Positions 57,246 through 64,000 of a stretch of 64,000 nt of DNA are shown one piece after another. The notes beneath the pieces are model-generated. The model worked only from the letters and a program-made list of their open reading frames with translations, was not told the DNA's origin and made no database searches. The stretch is from an uncultured Elusimicrobia bacterium (GTDB lineage: Bacteria; Elusimicrobiota; Elusimicrobia; Elusimicrobiales; UBA9959), in the NCBI GenBank assembly GCA_903879915.1, contig CAIRNJ010000026.1, positions 21,433 to 85,432 of the forward strand, read 5' to 3'. Both the position numbers and the translations under genes were made by a program. Every line of letters begins with the position of its first letter. The first letter of the stretch is position 1.

Positions 57246-59023
57246 GAGGGCTCCTCACCGAACTGCAGCTTGTAATACTTGGAATAGATGCCGCCCTTTT
57301 CCAGCAGCTGGGCGTGCGTGCCGCTTTCCTTGATTTCCCCCTCCGAGATCAGCAGAATGTTGTCGGCGTGGCGTATGGTGGACAGCCTGTGGGCTATCAC
57401 TATCATGGTCTTCTGCTGGAGCAGGCGCTGCATGGCCGTGTTTATAAGCCGTTCGGTGTAGGGATCGATGTGGGAGGTGGCCTCGTCGAGCACCAGCACC
57501 TCCTGGTTGAGCGTCATCGCGCGCACCAGCGAGATCACCTGTTTCTCGCCCGCGGAAAGGTTCACGCCCTTTTCCACTATGTGCTTGTTCAGACTGTGGT
57601 GTTTGAAGAAAGCTTCCAGGCCGATGGTCTTTATGGCGTCGTGCACCATCGAGTCGGGGATCGCCTCGTCCATCAGTTTCAGGTTCTGCATAATGGTGCC
57701 GGGGAAAAGGTAGATGTCCTGGTGCACCAGCCCTATGGCGGTGCGCAGCGAATTCAGGCCGATCTCCGGAAGGTCCACTCCGTCGATGAGTATTCTCCCC
57801 TTCTGCGGCGTGTAGAACTTGAACAGCAGGTTCGTGACCGTGGTCTTGCCCCCGCCGGTCTCGCCCACGATGGCCAGGCTTTTGCCTTTGGGCAGCTTGA
57901 AGGAGACGTCCTTCAGCACCCAGGGTGCGTCGTCGGCGTAGCGCATCCAGACGTTGCGGAACTCTATGCCTTCCCGGATGGAGCGTATGTAGCGCGGCCG
58001 GGGAACGTCCACAATGGCGGGCCGGCGCTCCAGTATGCGGTGTATGCGGTGCCCGGCGGCGAAGGAGCGCTGTATGATGCTTATGTGCTCCGACAGCCTG
58101 AAGACCGGCTCGAAAAGCTTGTCGATGTAGAGTATGAACAGCACGAGCGTGCCGATGCTTATCGTGCGGTCTATGGCCCAGCCGCCGCCCACGCCGAGGA
58201 TGATGGCGATGGAGACGGGGCTCAGCAGCACGATGCTGAGGTAGAAGATAATCATCATGAACTCTGCGCGCAGCTCCGTGTCGAATTTCTTTTTGTTTAT
58301 CGCTTCCAGTTTCGCCGCGGCCATGCCCTCGCGGTTGAAGGCCTGCAGCAGGGCTATGGCGTTTATGTGCTCCGTAAGAAAGCCGGAGATCTCGCTGGCC
58401 AGTTTCCTGACGGCCACGAACAGCGTCGTGCTCTTTCCCAGGAAGACGAAGCTGATCGCCAGCACCAGCGGGAACACCGACGAGATGAGCAGCGTAAGGC
58501 GCCGGCTGAAATAGAACATCACTCCGAAAGTGACGACGAACATCAGTATGTCGCGGAAGATGGTGACGGTCGTTTCAGTGAACAGCGAGTAAAGGCTGGA
58601 GGTGTCGGACTGTATGCGGGCGGTGAGGCGCCCCACCGGGTACTCGGCGTAGAAAGGGAGGTCCAGCGCCAGCATATGGGCCAGCATCCGTTTCTTCAGG
58701 TCGGTTATTATCTGCTGGCCGGTGCGCACCAGGCGCATCTGCAAAAGGTAGTTGGAGGCCATGAACAGCACGGAGTTCAGGAACAGGGCGCCCACCACGG
58801 CCGTCAGCAGGCGGACGCTTTTCGACGGGATGGCGGTATCGATTATGTATTTGGCTATGATGGGAGAGAGCAGGTTCATCGCGGTGGACAGGCTCAGCCA
58901 CCAGAACGCGACGGCGAAGCCCCGCTTTTCCGGCCTCATGAGGCCGGAGAGCATATGGAACGTGGCCCGGTAGTTTATTTTCTCTTTCGGGTCCTGCCCG
59001 TCGTCTCCTCGGTCTCCGTGCAT
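57242..59023 (-). CDS. ABC exporter, fused TMD-NBD half transporter (partner subunit)
   Basis: 593 aa. Walker A GETGGGKTT, signature LSAGEKQ, Walker B VLVLDEATS. ATGA overlap with the downstream half transporter. Confidence 0.88.
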   Translation of the reverse strand: MHGDRGDDGQDPKEKINYRATFHMLSGLMRPEKRGFAVAFWWLSLSTAMNLLSPIIAKYIIDTAIPSKSVRLLTAVVGALFLNSVLFMASNYLLQMRLVRTGQQIITDLKKRMLAHMLALDLPFYAEYPVGRLTARIQSDTSSLYSLFTETTVTIFRDILMFVVTFGVMFYFSRRLTLLISSVFPLVLAISFVFLGKSTTLFVAVRKLASEISGFLTEHINAIALLQAFNREGMAAAKLEAINKKKFDTELRAEFMMIIFYLSIVLLSPVSIAIILGVGGGWAIDRTISIGTLVLFILYIDKLFEPVFRLSEHISIIQRSFAAGHRIHRILERRPAIVDVPRPRYIRSIREGIEFRNVWMRYADDAPWVLKDVSFKLPKGKSLAIVGETGGGKTTVTNLLFKFYTPQKGRILIDGVDLPEIGLNSLRTAIGLVHQDIYLFPGTIMQNLKLMDEAIPDSMVHDAIKTIGLEAFFKHHSLNKHIVEKGVNLSAGEKQVISLVRAMTLNQEVLVLDEATSHIDPYTERLINTAMQRLLQQKTMIVIAHRLSTIRHADNILLISEGEIKESGTHAQLLEKGGIYSKYYKLQFGEEPS

Positions 59024-59038
59024 GCCTCTATTGTATAA

Positions 59039-59044
59039 ATTATA
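59039..59044 (-). promoter_or_regulatory. -10 box TATAAT upstream of the ABC exporter operon
   Basis: The minus strand reads CAGTATAAT-N15-ATG, with AGAGG in the short leader. Confidence 0.4.
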
Positions 59045-59105
59045 CTGGCAGGGACGCTTCGGGTGAAAGGAAAGGGCCCGGCGTACGGGCGGACCGGCTA
59101 AGGCG

Positions 59106-60128
59106 TCAGCGCGGCGTCTTCGCAGGCACTTTAAGGATGGCGTGCAGCAGGTCGGCGAGGATGTTTGGCTTTATCGGTTTCTGGATAAAACCCCTGACGT
59201 TCGGCTCCCGCTTTATCATTTCCGCGGTGGAGGGGTCGGCATTGCGGCCGGTCACTATCACTATGGGGATACCGGCGGTGCCGTCGTCCTGGAGTTCGCG
59301 CAGTATCTCGAACCCGCTGCATTTGGGCAGCATCAGGTCCAGCAGCAGCAGGTCGGGGCAGAGGGCCCTGGCCTTTCTGAGCGCCTGCTCGCCGTCGGCC
59401 GCGCCCTCTGTCTTGAACCCCTCTCTGCGCACCAGGAAGGTGAGCAGGTCCAGTATAGCTTCGTCGTCGTCGACTATCAGCACCGTTTTTCCGCCCGGGG
59501 TTTTGCGGAGGTTGGCCAGGATGCGGTGGCACGCCGCGAGCACGGCGTCGATGCAGGCCAGCGAGTACGGGGTCAGCGTGCCGGCTTCGTCGAGCGGGAT
59601 GCGGTAAAGACAGCAGTATTCCGCTACTTCCGCCCGCGCTTTTTCCAGCACGCCGTCGACCGCGCGGTCGTCGGGTCCCGCGGCCAGTTCCGCCACCAGC
59701 GGCGCGAAATTCAGGCGCGCGTAGGTTTCCCTGATCTGCCGGTCCGCCTCGGCGTCCCTGCCGGCGGCCTTTTTTTCCTCTTCAACCAGCGAAAGGGGCG
59801 TCAGGGCGGCGAGGCGTTTCCTGAGCAGCTCTTTGCCGGCGATCATGCTCGCGCAGGCTATAGTGAAATCTCCGGCGGGGACAAGCTTCTCCAGCGTGCC
59901 CCTGAATTCGGCCGAGGTGTTATCCGTGACCGTCCCGCTGTCGAGCTTCCGGGAGAAGTCCTCGCACGCTTCGCGCAGGGTTTCCCTCTTCAGGTCCACC
60001 AGGTGCTCGGACATGCTGTGGAGGCAGTTGATGAAGAATTCCTTCTGATTGGCGTAGGCGGCCGGCACCCTGCCGGTGAATTCCTTCAGCCGGGTGATCA
60101 GCAGTACCTGGTGTTCCAGTTTCGCCAT
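59106..60128 (-). CDS. response regulator with a C-terminal receiver domain and an unrecognised ~210-aa N-terminal domain
   Basis: 340 aa. The REC domain has VLIVDDDE, phospho-acceptor LLLLDLMLP, VIVTG and IQKPI. The N-terminal part matches no family I recognise. Confidence 0.75.
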   Translation of the reverse strand: MAKLEHQVLLITRLKEFTGRVPAAYANQKEFFINCLHSMSEHLVDLKRETLREACEDFSRKLDSGTVTDNTSAEFRGTLEKLVPAGDFTIACASMIAGKELLRKRLAALTPLSLVEEEKKAAGRDAEADRQIRETYARLNFAPLVAELAAGPDDRAVDGVLEKARAEVAEYCCLYRIPLDEAGTLTPYSLACIDAVLAACHRILANLRKTPGGKTVLIVDDDEAILDLLTFLVRREGFKTEGAADGEQALRKARALCPDLLLLDLMLPKCSGFEILRELQDDGTAGIPIVIVTGRNADPSTAEMIKREPNVRGFIQKPIKPNILADLLHAILKVPAKTPR

Positions 60129-60178
60129 GCCTAGAAGATATCATTTCGGCGCGCGCGCGTAAATGCCCGGCGCGCGCT

Positions 60179-60760
60179 TCAGCGCGCGGGTTTTACCGCC
60201 AGTCTGTCGTCGTACCTGTCCACGCTGAAAACGTTCTCCAGCGGCAGCCTGGCCGGCCTCTGGCCGGTTTCCTGCGCGGCCTGGCTCGCCGTCAGACCGC
60301 GCATGTCCCCGGTCCTTTCTCCCAGGACGATCAAAACCATGACCAGATTCCCTTCCGGTATATCCAGGGCGAGGCGCGCTTTTTCGCTGTCAAAGCCGGC
60401 GATGGGGTGCGCCACGAGCCCCAGTTCGGTGGCGCGCAGCTGTATGGCCGAGACGGCCATGCCCAGGTCGAAAAGATAATATTCCCGTTCCTTGAGCACG
60501 CAGTCGTTCTCTTTTTTAGCGAACGCGGCTATTATCGCGGAGCCGCTCTTTACCCAGTCGTTGTTCTTCATCAGGCAGTCATGCGCTTTCGCCAGAGAGG
60601 CTTTCGACCGGGCGAAGACCAGTTTCCACGGCTGGTTATTGAAGCAGGAGGCCGTCAGCTGCGCCGCGGCCGCCAGTTCCCTTATGGTCCCGTCCGATAT
60701 TTCCACCGGCCCCAGCGCCCTGTACGAGCGCCGTTTTTCTATCGCGTCCTTCACGTTCAT
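60179..60760 (-). CDS. nitroreductase family protein
   Basis: 193 codons from ATG 60760 with GGAGG 6 nt upstream. Begins MNVKDAIEKRRSYRAL and contains SCFNNQPWK. Confidence 0.8.
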   Translation of the reverse strand: MNVKDAIEKRRSYRALGPVEISDGTIRELAAAAQLTASCFNNQPWKLVFARSKASLAKAHDCLMKNNDWVKSGSAIIAAFAKKENDCVLKEREYYLFDLGMAVSAIQLRATELGLVAHPIAGFDSEKARLALDIPEGNLVMVLIVLGERTGDMRGLTASQAAQETGQRPARLPLENVFSVDRYDDRLAVKPAR

Positions 60761-60832
60761 GATAAACCTCCGTTGCCGCATCCGCCGCCGTCGAAGTATG
60801 ATACAAAAATGATCCCGGCCCTTTGCGGCCGT

Positions 60833-61708
60833 TCACAGCAGAAAAACCATGCCGGCGAAGAAAAAGACCAGTGCGACCAGCAGGTACGCCGACGGCATCT
60901 TCCGCTCGTACGCGCACTCGAAAGCGGAAGAGAACAGCGTGCCGGTTATGCCTATGCCGGTTACCGCGGCCAGCGCGCCGGCGTAGCGCACCGCGCTAAG
61001 GTAGAACATCAGCGAAAGATAGGTCCCCGCGAAACTGCCCGCGGTCAGCCAGAAGAGCCCGCGGCGGCCGAGCGTGCCGAGCTTCTCAAAAAAATGGAAC
61101 GGCCTCACGCGCGAGAGCAGCGCGAAAAGCAGCAGCGCTCCGGCCGCGCGGTAAAAGTTGCCCTCCGTAGTTCCTATGCCCGGACTGGCGTTGAAGGAGA
61201 ACCGGGTTATGATCACCCCGAAGCCGTCCAGCACCACGCCCCCCAGCGCGAACAGGCTCGCTTTCGTGTTCCAGTGCCCGTGTTTCCTGAAAGACTCCAG
61301 CGAGAAAATATAAAGGCAGGCCACGAAAAAAACTACGGCGACGAGCTTTTTCCCCTCCAGGGCCTGGCCGAAAGCGGCATAGCTGAGGATGCCCGTGATC
61401 AGCGGCTGGAAGCCGAAGATCATCATCGTGCGGCCGGGCCCCATCAGGGAGAAAGCCCTGACCAGGAAAACATCGGCCAGGCCCAGCCCGAGCATCCCGG
61501 ACAGGAAGAAGAGCGCGGCCGGGAGCGGGGCGATATGGTGGAACCCTCCCTGCGCTATGACGGTAGCGAGGAACAGGACCGCGGCCACCGCCCCCTTGAA
61601 GCAGTTCACCCAGACGCTGGAGATGCGCCGCGCGTAATGAGTGAAGAACTGCACGCCCACGGCGAAGCTTAGATTTGCCGCCAGAGCGTAAATATAGACT
61701 TTCTCCAT
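60833..61708 (-). CDS. EamA/DMT-family transporter
   Basis: 291 aa with about 10 TM segments arranged as two EamA-like halves. Confidence 0.7.
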   Translation of the reverse strand: MEKVYIYALAANLSFAVGVQFFTHYARRISSVWVNCFKGAVAAVLFLATVIAQGGFHHIAPLPAALFFLSGMLGLGLADVFLVRAFSLMGPGRTMMIFGFQPLITGILSYAAFGQALEGKKLVAVVFFVACLYIFSLESFRKHGHWNTKASLFALGGVVLDGFGVIITRFSFNASPGIGTTEGNFYRAAGALLLFALLSRVRPFHFFEKLGTLGRRGLFWLTAGSFAGTYLSLMFYLSAVRYAGALAAVTGIGITGTLFSSAFECAYERKMPSAYLLVALVFFFAGMVFLL

Positions 61709-61887
61709 AATGCGGGAGGAGCTGACGGGGAATGCCGGCGGCCGCTGCCGCGCCCGGGAATTGCCGGTGTCCGGCCTTTTCGTATGATAGCAAATATCGC
61801 CGGCCCGGGCCCCGGCCTCACGTCGGGCCGGCGCGCAAAGCCTGATGCCGCGCGGGGCGCCTGGCGGCAGGGCTTCAGTTTCAGCTT

Positions 61888-61896
61888 TGCTATAAT
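61888..61896 (+). promoter_or_regulatory. extended -10 (TGcTATAAT) upstream of the SatP-like gene
   Basis: Read from the sequence, 18 nt upstream of ATG 61914. SD CAGGAGAAC follows it. Confidence 0.45.
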
Positions 61897-61913
61897 CTAA
61901 ACAGGAGAACTAA

Positions 61914-62534
61914 ATGAACCCAGCTCAAAACGCCGCTTCGCCGCTTTTCGCGGAACCGACCCCTCTCGGCCTTATCGGCCTGGCCGTGGGCTGCGCCGCG
62001 CTCACGCCCATAGCTCTGGGCGCCGCCCTGACGCCCGCCGCCTTCAAGACCGCCGCCGTTGTGTGCCTGCTCTTCGGCGGCGGCTGCCAGTTCCTGGCCG
62101 GGGTCATGAGCCTGGCCAACCGCAACCTTTACGGCGGCACGCTGTTCACCGCTTTCGCCTTCAACTGGGTCATGAACTGGTGGGTGCTGAGCTCCGTAGC
62201 GGGCGGGGTGATGCCCGACCATGCGGTAATGCTGGCCGCGGACGCCTGCTTCCTGCTGATCTTCCTGGCCATGACCTACGGGTTCGGCTTTTTCAGCGGG
62301 CTGCTGTTCGTCTTCCTGCTGGATATAGACCTGATGTACGTCTGCAAACTTGTCGCCGGGCTTACCGGCACCGCGGCGCTGGGCCTTCCCATCGCGCTGC
62401 TGACTATACTGCTGGGCCTGCTGGCGCTGTGGATCGCTTTCGCCATGCTGCTGAACCCCGTGGCGGGCAGGAATCTTTTCTGGCTGCCCGGCCCGGTGTT
62501 CCGCGCCGCTCCTGGCAAAGAGATCGCCGGCTAG
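61914..62534 (+). CDS. GPR1/FUN34/YaaH (SatP) family acetate/succinate channel
   Basis: 206 aa with AEPTPLGLIGLAV and GGGCQFLAGVMSLANRNLYGGTLFTAFAFNW, and 6 TM segments. Confidence 0.8.
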   Translation: MNPAQNAASPLFAEPTPLGLIGLAVGCAALTPIALGAALTPAAFKTAAVVCLLFGGGCQFLAGVMSLANRNLYGGTLFTAFAFNWVMNWWVLSSVAGGVMPDHAVMLAADACFLLIFLAMTYGFGFFSGLLFVFLLDIDLMYVCKLVAGLTGTAALGLPIALLTILLGLLALWIAFAMLLNPVAGRNLFWLPGPVFRAAPGKEIAG

Positions 62535-62553
62535 CTTCCTGACGGAGAAATCT

Positions 62554-62985
62554 ATGAAACTTAAAGAACTGCTGCGTGTTTTAGTGGCTTCGGAAATGGA
62601 GGACATCTCGGTTTATTCCGTCGAAGCGGAGCTTTTCGGTGCCGATCCCGCCTGCGGCGAAAAAATACTGCGGCTCTTCGAGCGGCTCGCCGCCGAGGCC
62701 CGCGTTAGCCTGCTGATGCTGGGCCGGGTGGGCAAGCAGGGCACCGGCTTCCGCCAGCGGAAGACGGAGACCTCCCGCGGCGTGGAGGCGGCCTTCCGGG
62801 GGCATATCACCCGCGCGGAAAGAAGCGTGGCGCTGTACTGCGACCTCCATAAGCTGATAAAAAAGCCCGAGTTCAAGGAAGAGGTTAAGGAGGCTGTCAC
62901 CCGGGGCCGGGAGCACCTGGCCGTCCTGAAAGAATTGCAGGCCGTTATGCTGAAGACACGGGCCCCGGGCCCCGCGCCGCGCTGA
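62554..62985 (+). CDS. hypothetical helical protein
   Basis: 143 aa, predicted all-alpha by eye. I recognise no family. It starts 20 nt after the SatP-like stop. Confidence 0.5.
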   Translation: MKLKELLRVLVASEMEDISVYSVEAELFGADPACGEKILRLFERLAAEARVSLLMLGRVGKQGTGFRQRKTETSRGVEAAFRGHITRAERSVALYCDLHKLIKKPEFKEEVKEAVTRGREHLAVLKELQAVMLKTRAPGPAPR

Positions 62986-63023
62986 ACCCGTTCTGCCCGG
63001 CCGCTCAGGCCGGCAAATAAAAA

Positions 63024-63050
63024 GGGCCCGGTTCCGACCGGGCCCTTTCT
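63024..63050. terminator. bidirectional rho-independent terminator
   Basis: GGGCCCGGT (63024-63032) / ACCGGGCCC (63037-63045) with a 4-nt loop. Flanked by AAATAAAAA and TTTCT, between convergent genes. Confidence 0.7.
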
Positions 63051-63067
63051 ATTGTACGTGCCTGCGC

Positions 63068-63607
63068 TTAATTCAGCTTGAACTCCGCGCCGCGCCGCAG
63101 CGCTTTTACGTTGAGCTCGATGACCTCGGGCTTGAGCTTCTTGTACACCTTGGGCAGCGCCCTGGCTATGGCGTCCACGGAGATGGCGCCGGTGGCGGCC
63201 GCGAACGCGCCGAGCGCCACCATGTTCATCACCTTGCCGTTGCCCAGTTCCCCCGCCACCTGGTTGCAGGGAACATAAAGCACCTTTATGTCCGTGCGGG
63301 TGGGTTTGGAGTTCACCAGCGAGCTGTTCACTATCAGCAGCCCGCCGGGTCTCACCGTAGGCTCGAACTTGACCAGCGACGGCTCGTTGAGCACTATGGC
63401 CGTGTCGGGCGTGGAGACTATCGGAGTGGAAACCTCGTCGGAGGCCACTACCACCGAGCAGTTGGCCGTGCCGCCGCGCATCTCGGCGCCGTAAGACGGG
63501 AAGAAGCTGACCTCTTTCCCCTCCATCATGCCGGCCTGCGCCAGCAGCACTCCGGCGGAGATCACGCCCTGTCCGCCGAAACCGGATATTCTTATTCCTT
63601 GGTACAT
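63068..63607 (-). CDS. 2-oxoacid:ferredoxin oxidoreductase gamma subunit
   Basis: 179 codons from ATG 63607 with GGAGG upstream. Begins MYQGIRISGFGGQGVISAG and contains SYGAEMRGGTANC. Confidence 0.88.
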   Translation of the reverse strand: MYQGIRISGFGGQGVISAGVLLAQAGMMEGKEVSFFPSYGAEMRGGTANCSVVVASDEVSTPIVSTPDTAIVLNEPSLVKFEPTVRPGGLLIVNSSLVNSKPTRTDIKVLYVPCNQVAGELGNGKVMNMVALGAFAAATGAISVDAIARALPKVYKKLKPEVIELNVKALRRGAEFKLN

Positions 63608-63621
63608 TTTAAAGTCCTCCG

Positions 63622-64000
63622 TTATTTCTTGTCGGCCGCGCAGGCGTCCTTGTAAACGCCAAGAGGGAACACCGGCATCATCCCCTCGGCCACGTACTTG
63701 GTGGCTTCGGAGGGATTGTCCAGCCGCGTGCCCCAGTTGGTCGGGCACATGCTCAGGACTTCCACCATCGAGAAGCCTTTGCCGTCTATCTGGTTCTGGA
63801 AGGCTTTCTTGATGGCGTTCTTGGCCTTGATCACGCCGGCGGCGTTGTGCACCGTGGTGCGCTCAAGGTAGGTGGCGCCGTCGATGGTGGACAGCATCTC
63901 GCACATCTTTATGGGGTAGCCCGCCTGCTTGGCGGTGCGGCCTTCCACGCAGGTGGTGGCCTTCTGCCCTATCAGCGTGGTCGGGGCCATCTGGCCGCCG
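63622..64000 (-). CDS. 2-oxoacid:ferredoxin oxidoreductase beta (TPP-binding) subunit, C-terminal part (gene continues past right edge)
   Basis: C-terminal sequence ..GFSMVEVLSMCPTNWG.. is typical of the beta subunit. The frame is open to the window edge. Confidence 0.8.
   Translation of the reverse strand, partial: GGQMAPTTLIGQKATTCVEGRTAKQAGYPIKMCEMLSTIDGATYLERTTVHNAAGVIKAKNAIKKAFQNQIDGKGFSMVEVLSMCPTNWGTRLDNPSEATKYVAEGMMPVFPLGVYKDACAADKK

Noticed and set aside
60129-60178. Alternating (CG)n tracts (GGCGCGCGCGCG ... GGCGCGCGC) between the nitroreductase and response-regulator genes, as a Z-DNA or repeat element.
   Set aside because: The tracts are short and self-complementary, and are most simply a GC-rich intergenic hairpin or terminator. 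There are no additional copies in the window.

Overview
High-GC bacterial chromosomal window that is almost entirely coding: about 70 CDS and 3 tRNAs. I found no rRNA, CRISPR array, transposase, integrase or phage genes. The content is mostly core metabolism. It includes a complete 14-gene complex I operon (nuoA-N, minus strand, 20487->7462) with tag appended. Upstream on the same strand lie yceD-rpmF-plsX-fabG-acpP-rnc, two glycosyltransferases and a SpoIID/TPR protein, giving 28 co-directional genes over 6866-31440. A divergent plus-strand block runs 31577-41359: tRNA-Lys, tRNA-Leu, tig, clpP, lon, then five translationally coupled genes (DUF885, ABC ATPase, ABC-2 permease, His-rich anchored protein, GT4). 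The right third holds ackA, an MthK-like K+ channel, a CUT1 sugar ABC operon, a ferredoxin, a CDF transporter, an AmpG-like MFS, a YidE/YbjL transporter, a heterodimeric ABC exporter coupled to an LhgO-like flavoprotein, a response regulator, a nitroreductase, an EamA transporter, a SatP-like channel, and the end of a 2-oxoacid:ferredoxin oxidoreductase operon that runs off the right edge. I see no clear-cut novel multi-gene system such as a defence island or mobile element. The most unusual items are: (1) a 10-bp anti-SD/SD helix closing a structured leader upstream of a secreted MBL hydrolase; (2) a ClpP with Asn at the catalytic Asp position and no clpX; (3) the DUF885-ABC-His-rich-GT cluster fused to the proteostasis operon, with the DUF885 metal motif apparently degenerate; (4) a stand-alone secretin N-domain protein downstream of the ABC-ABC-flavoprotein operon; (5) scattered pilus/secretion parts (orphan GspE-like ATPase, pilin-like protein without a prepilin leader); (6) two candidate leaderless mRNAs. 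Product calls rest on motifs I recognised in the supplied translations. No database search was run. The many long antisense or alternative-frame ORFs are treated as high-GC artefacts.
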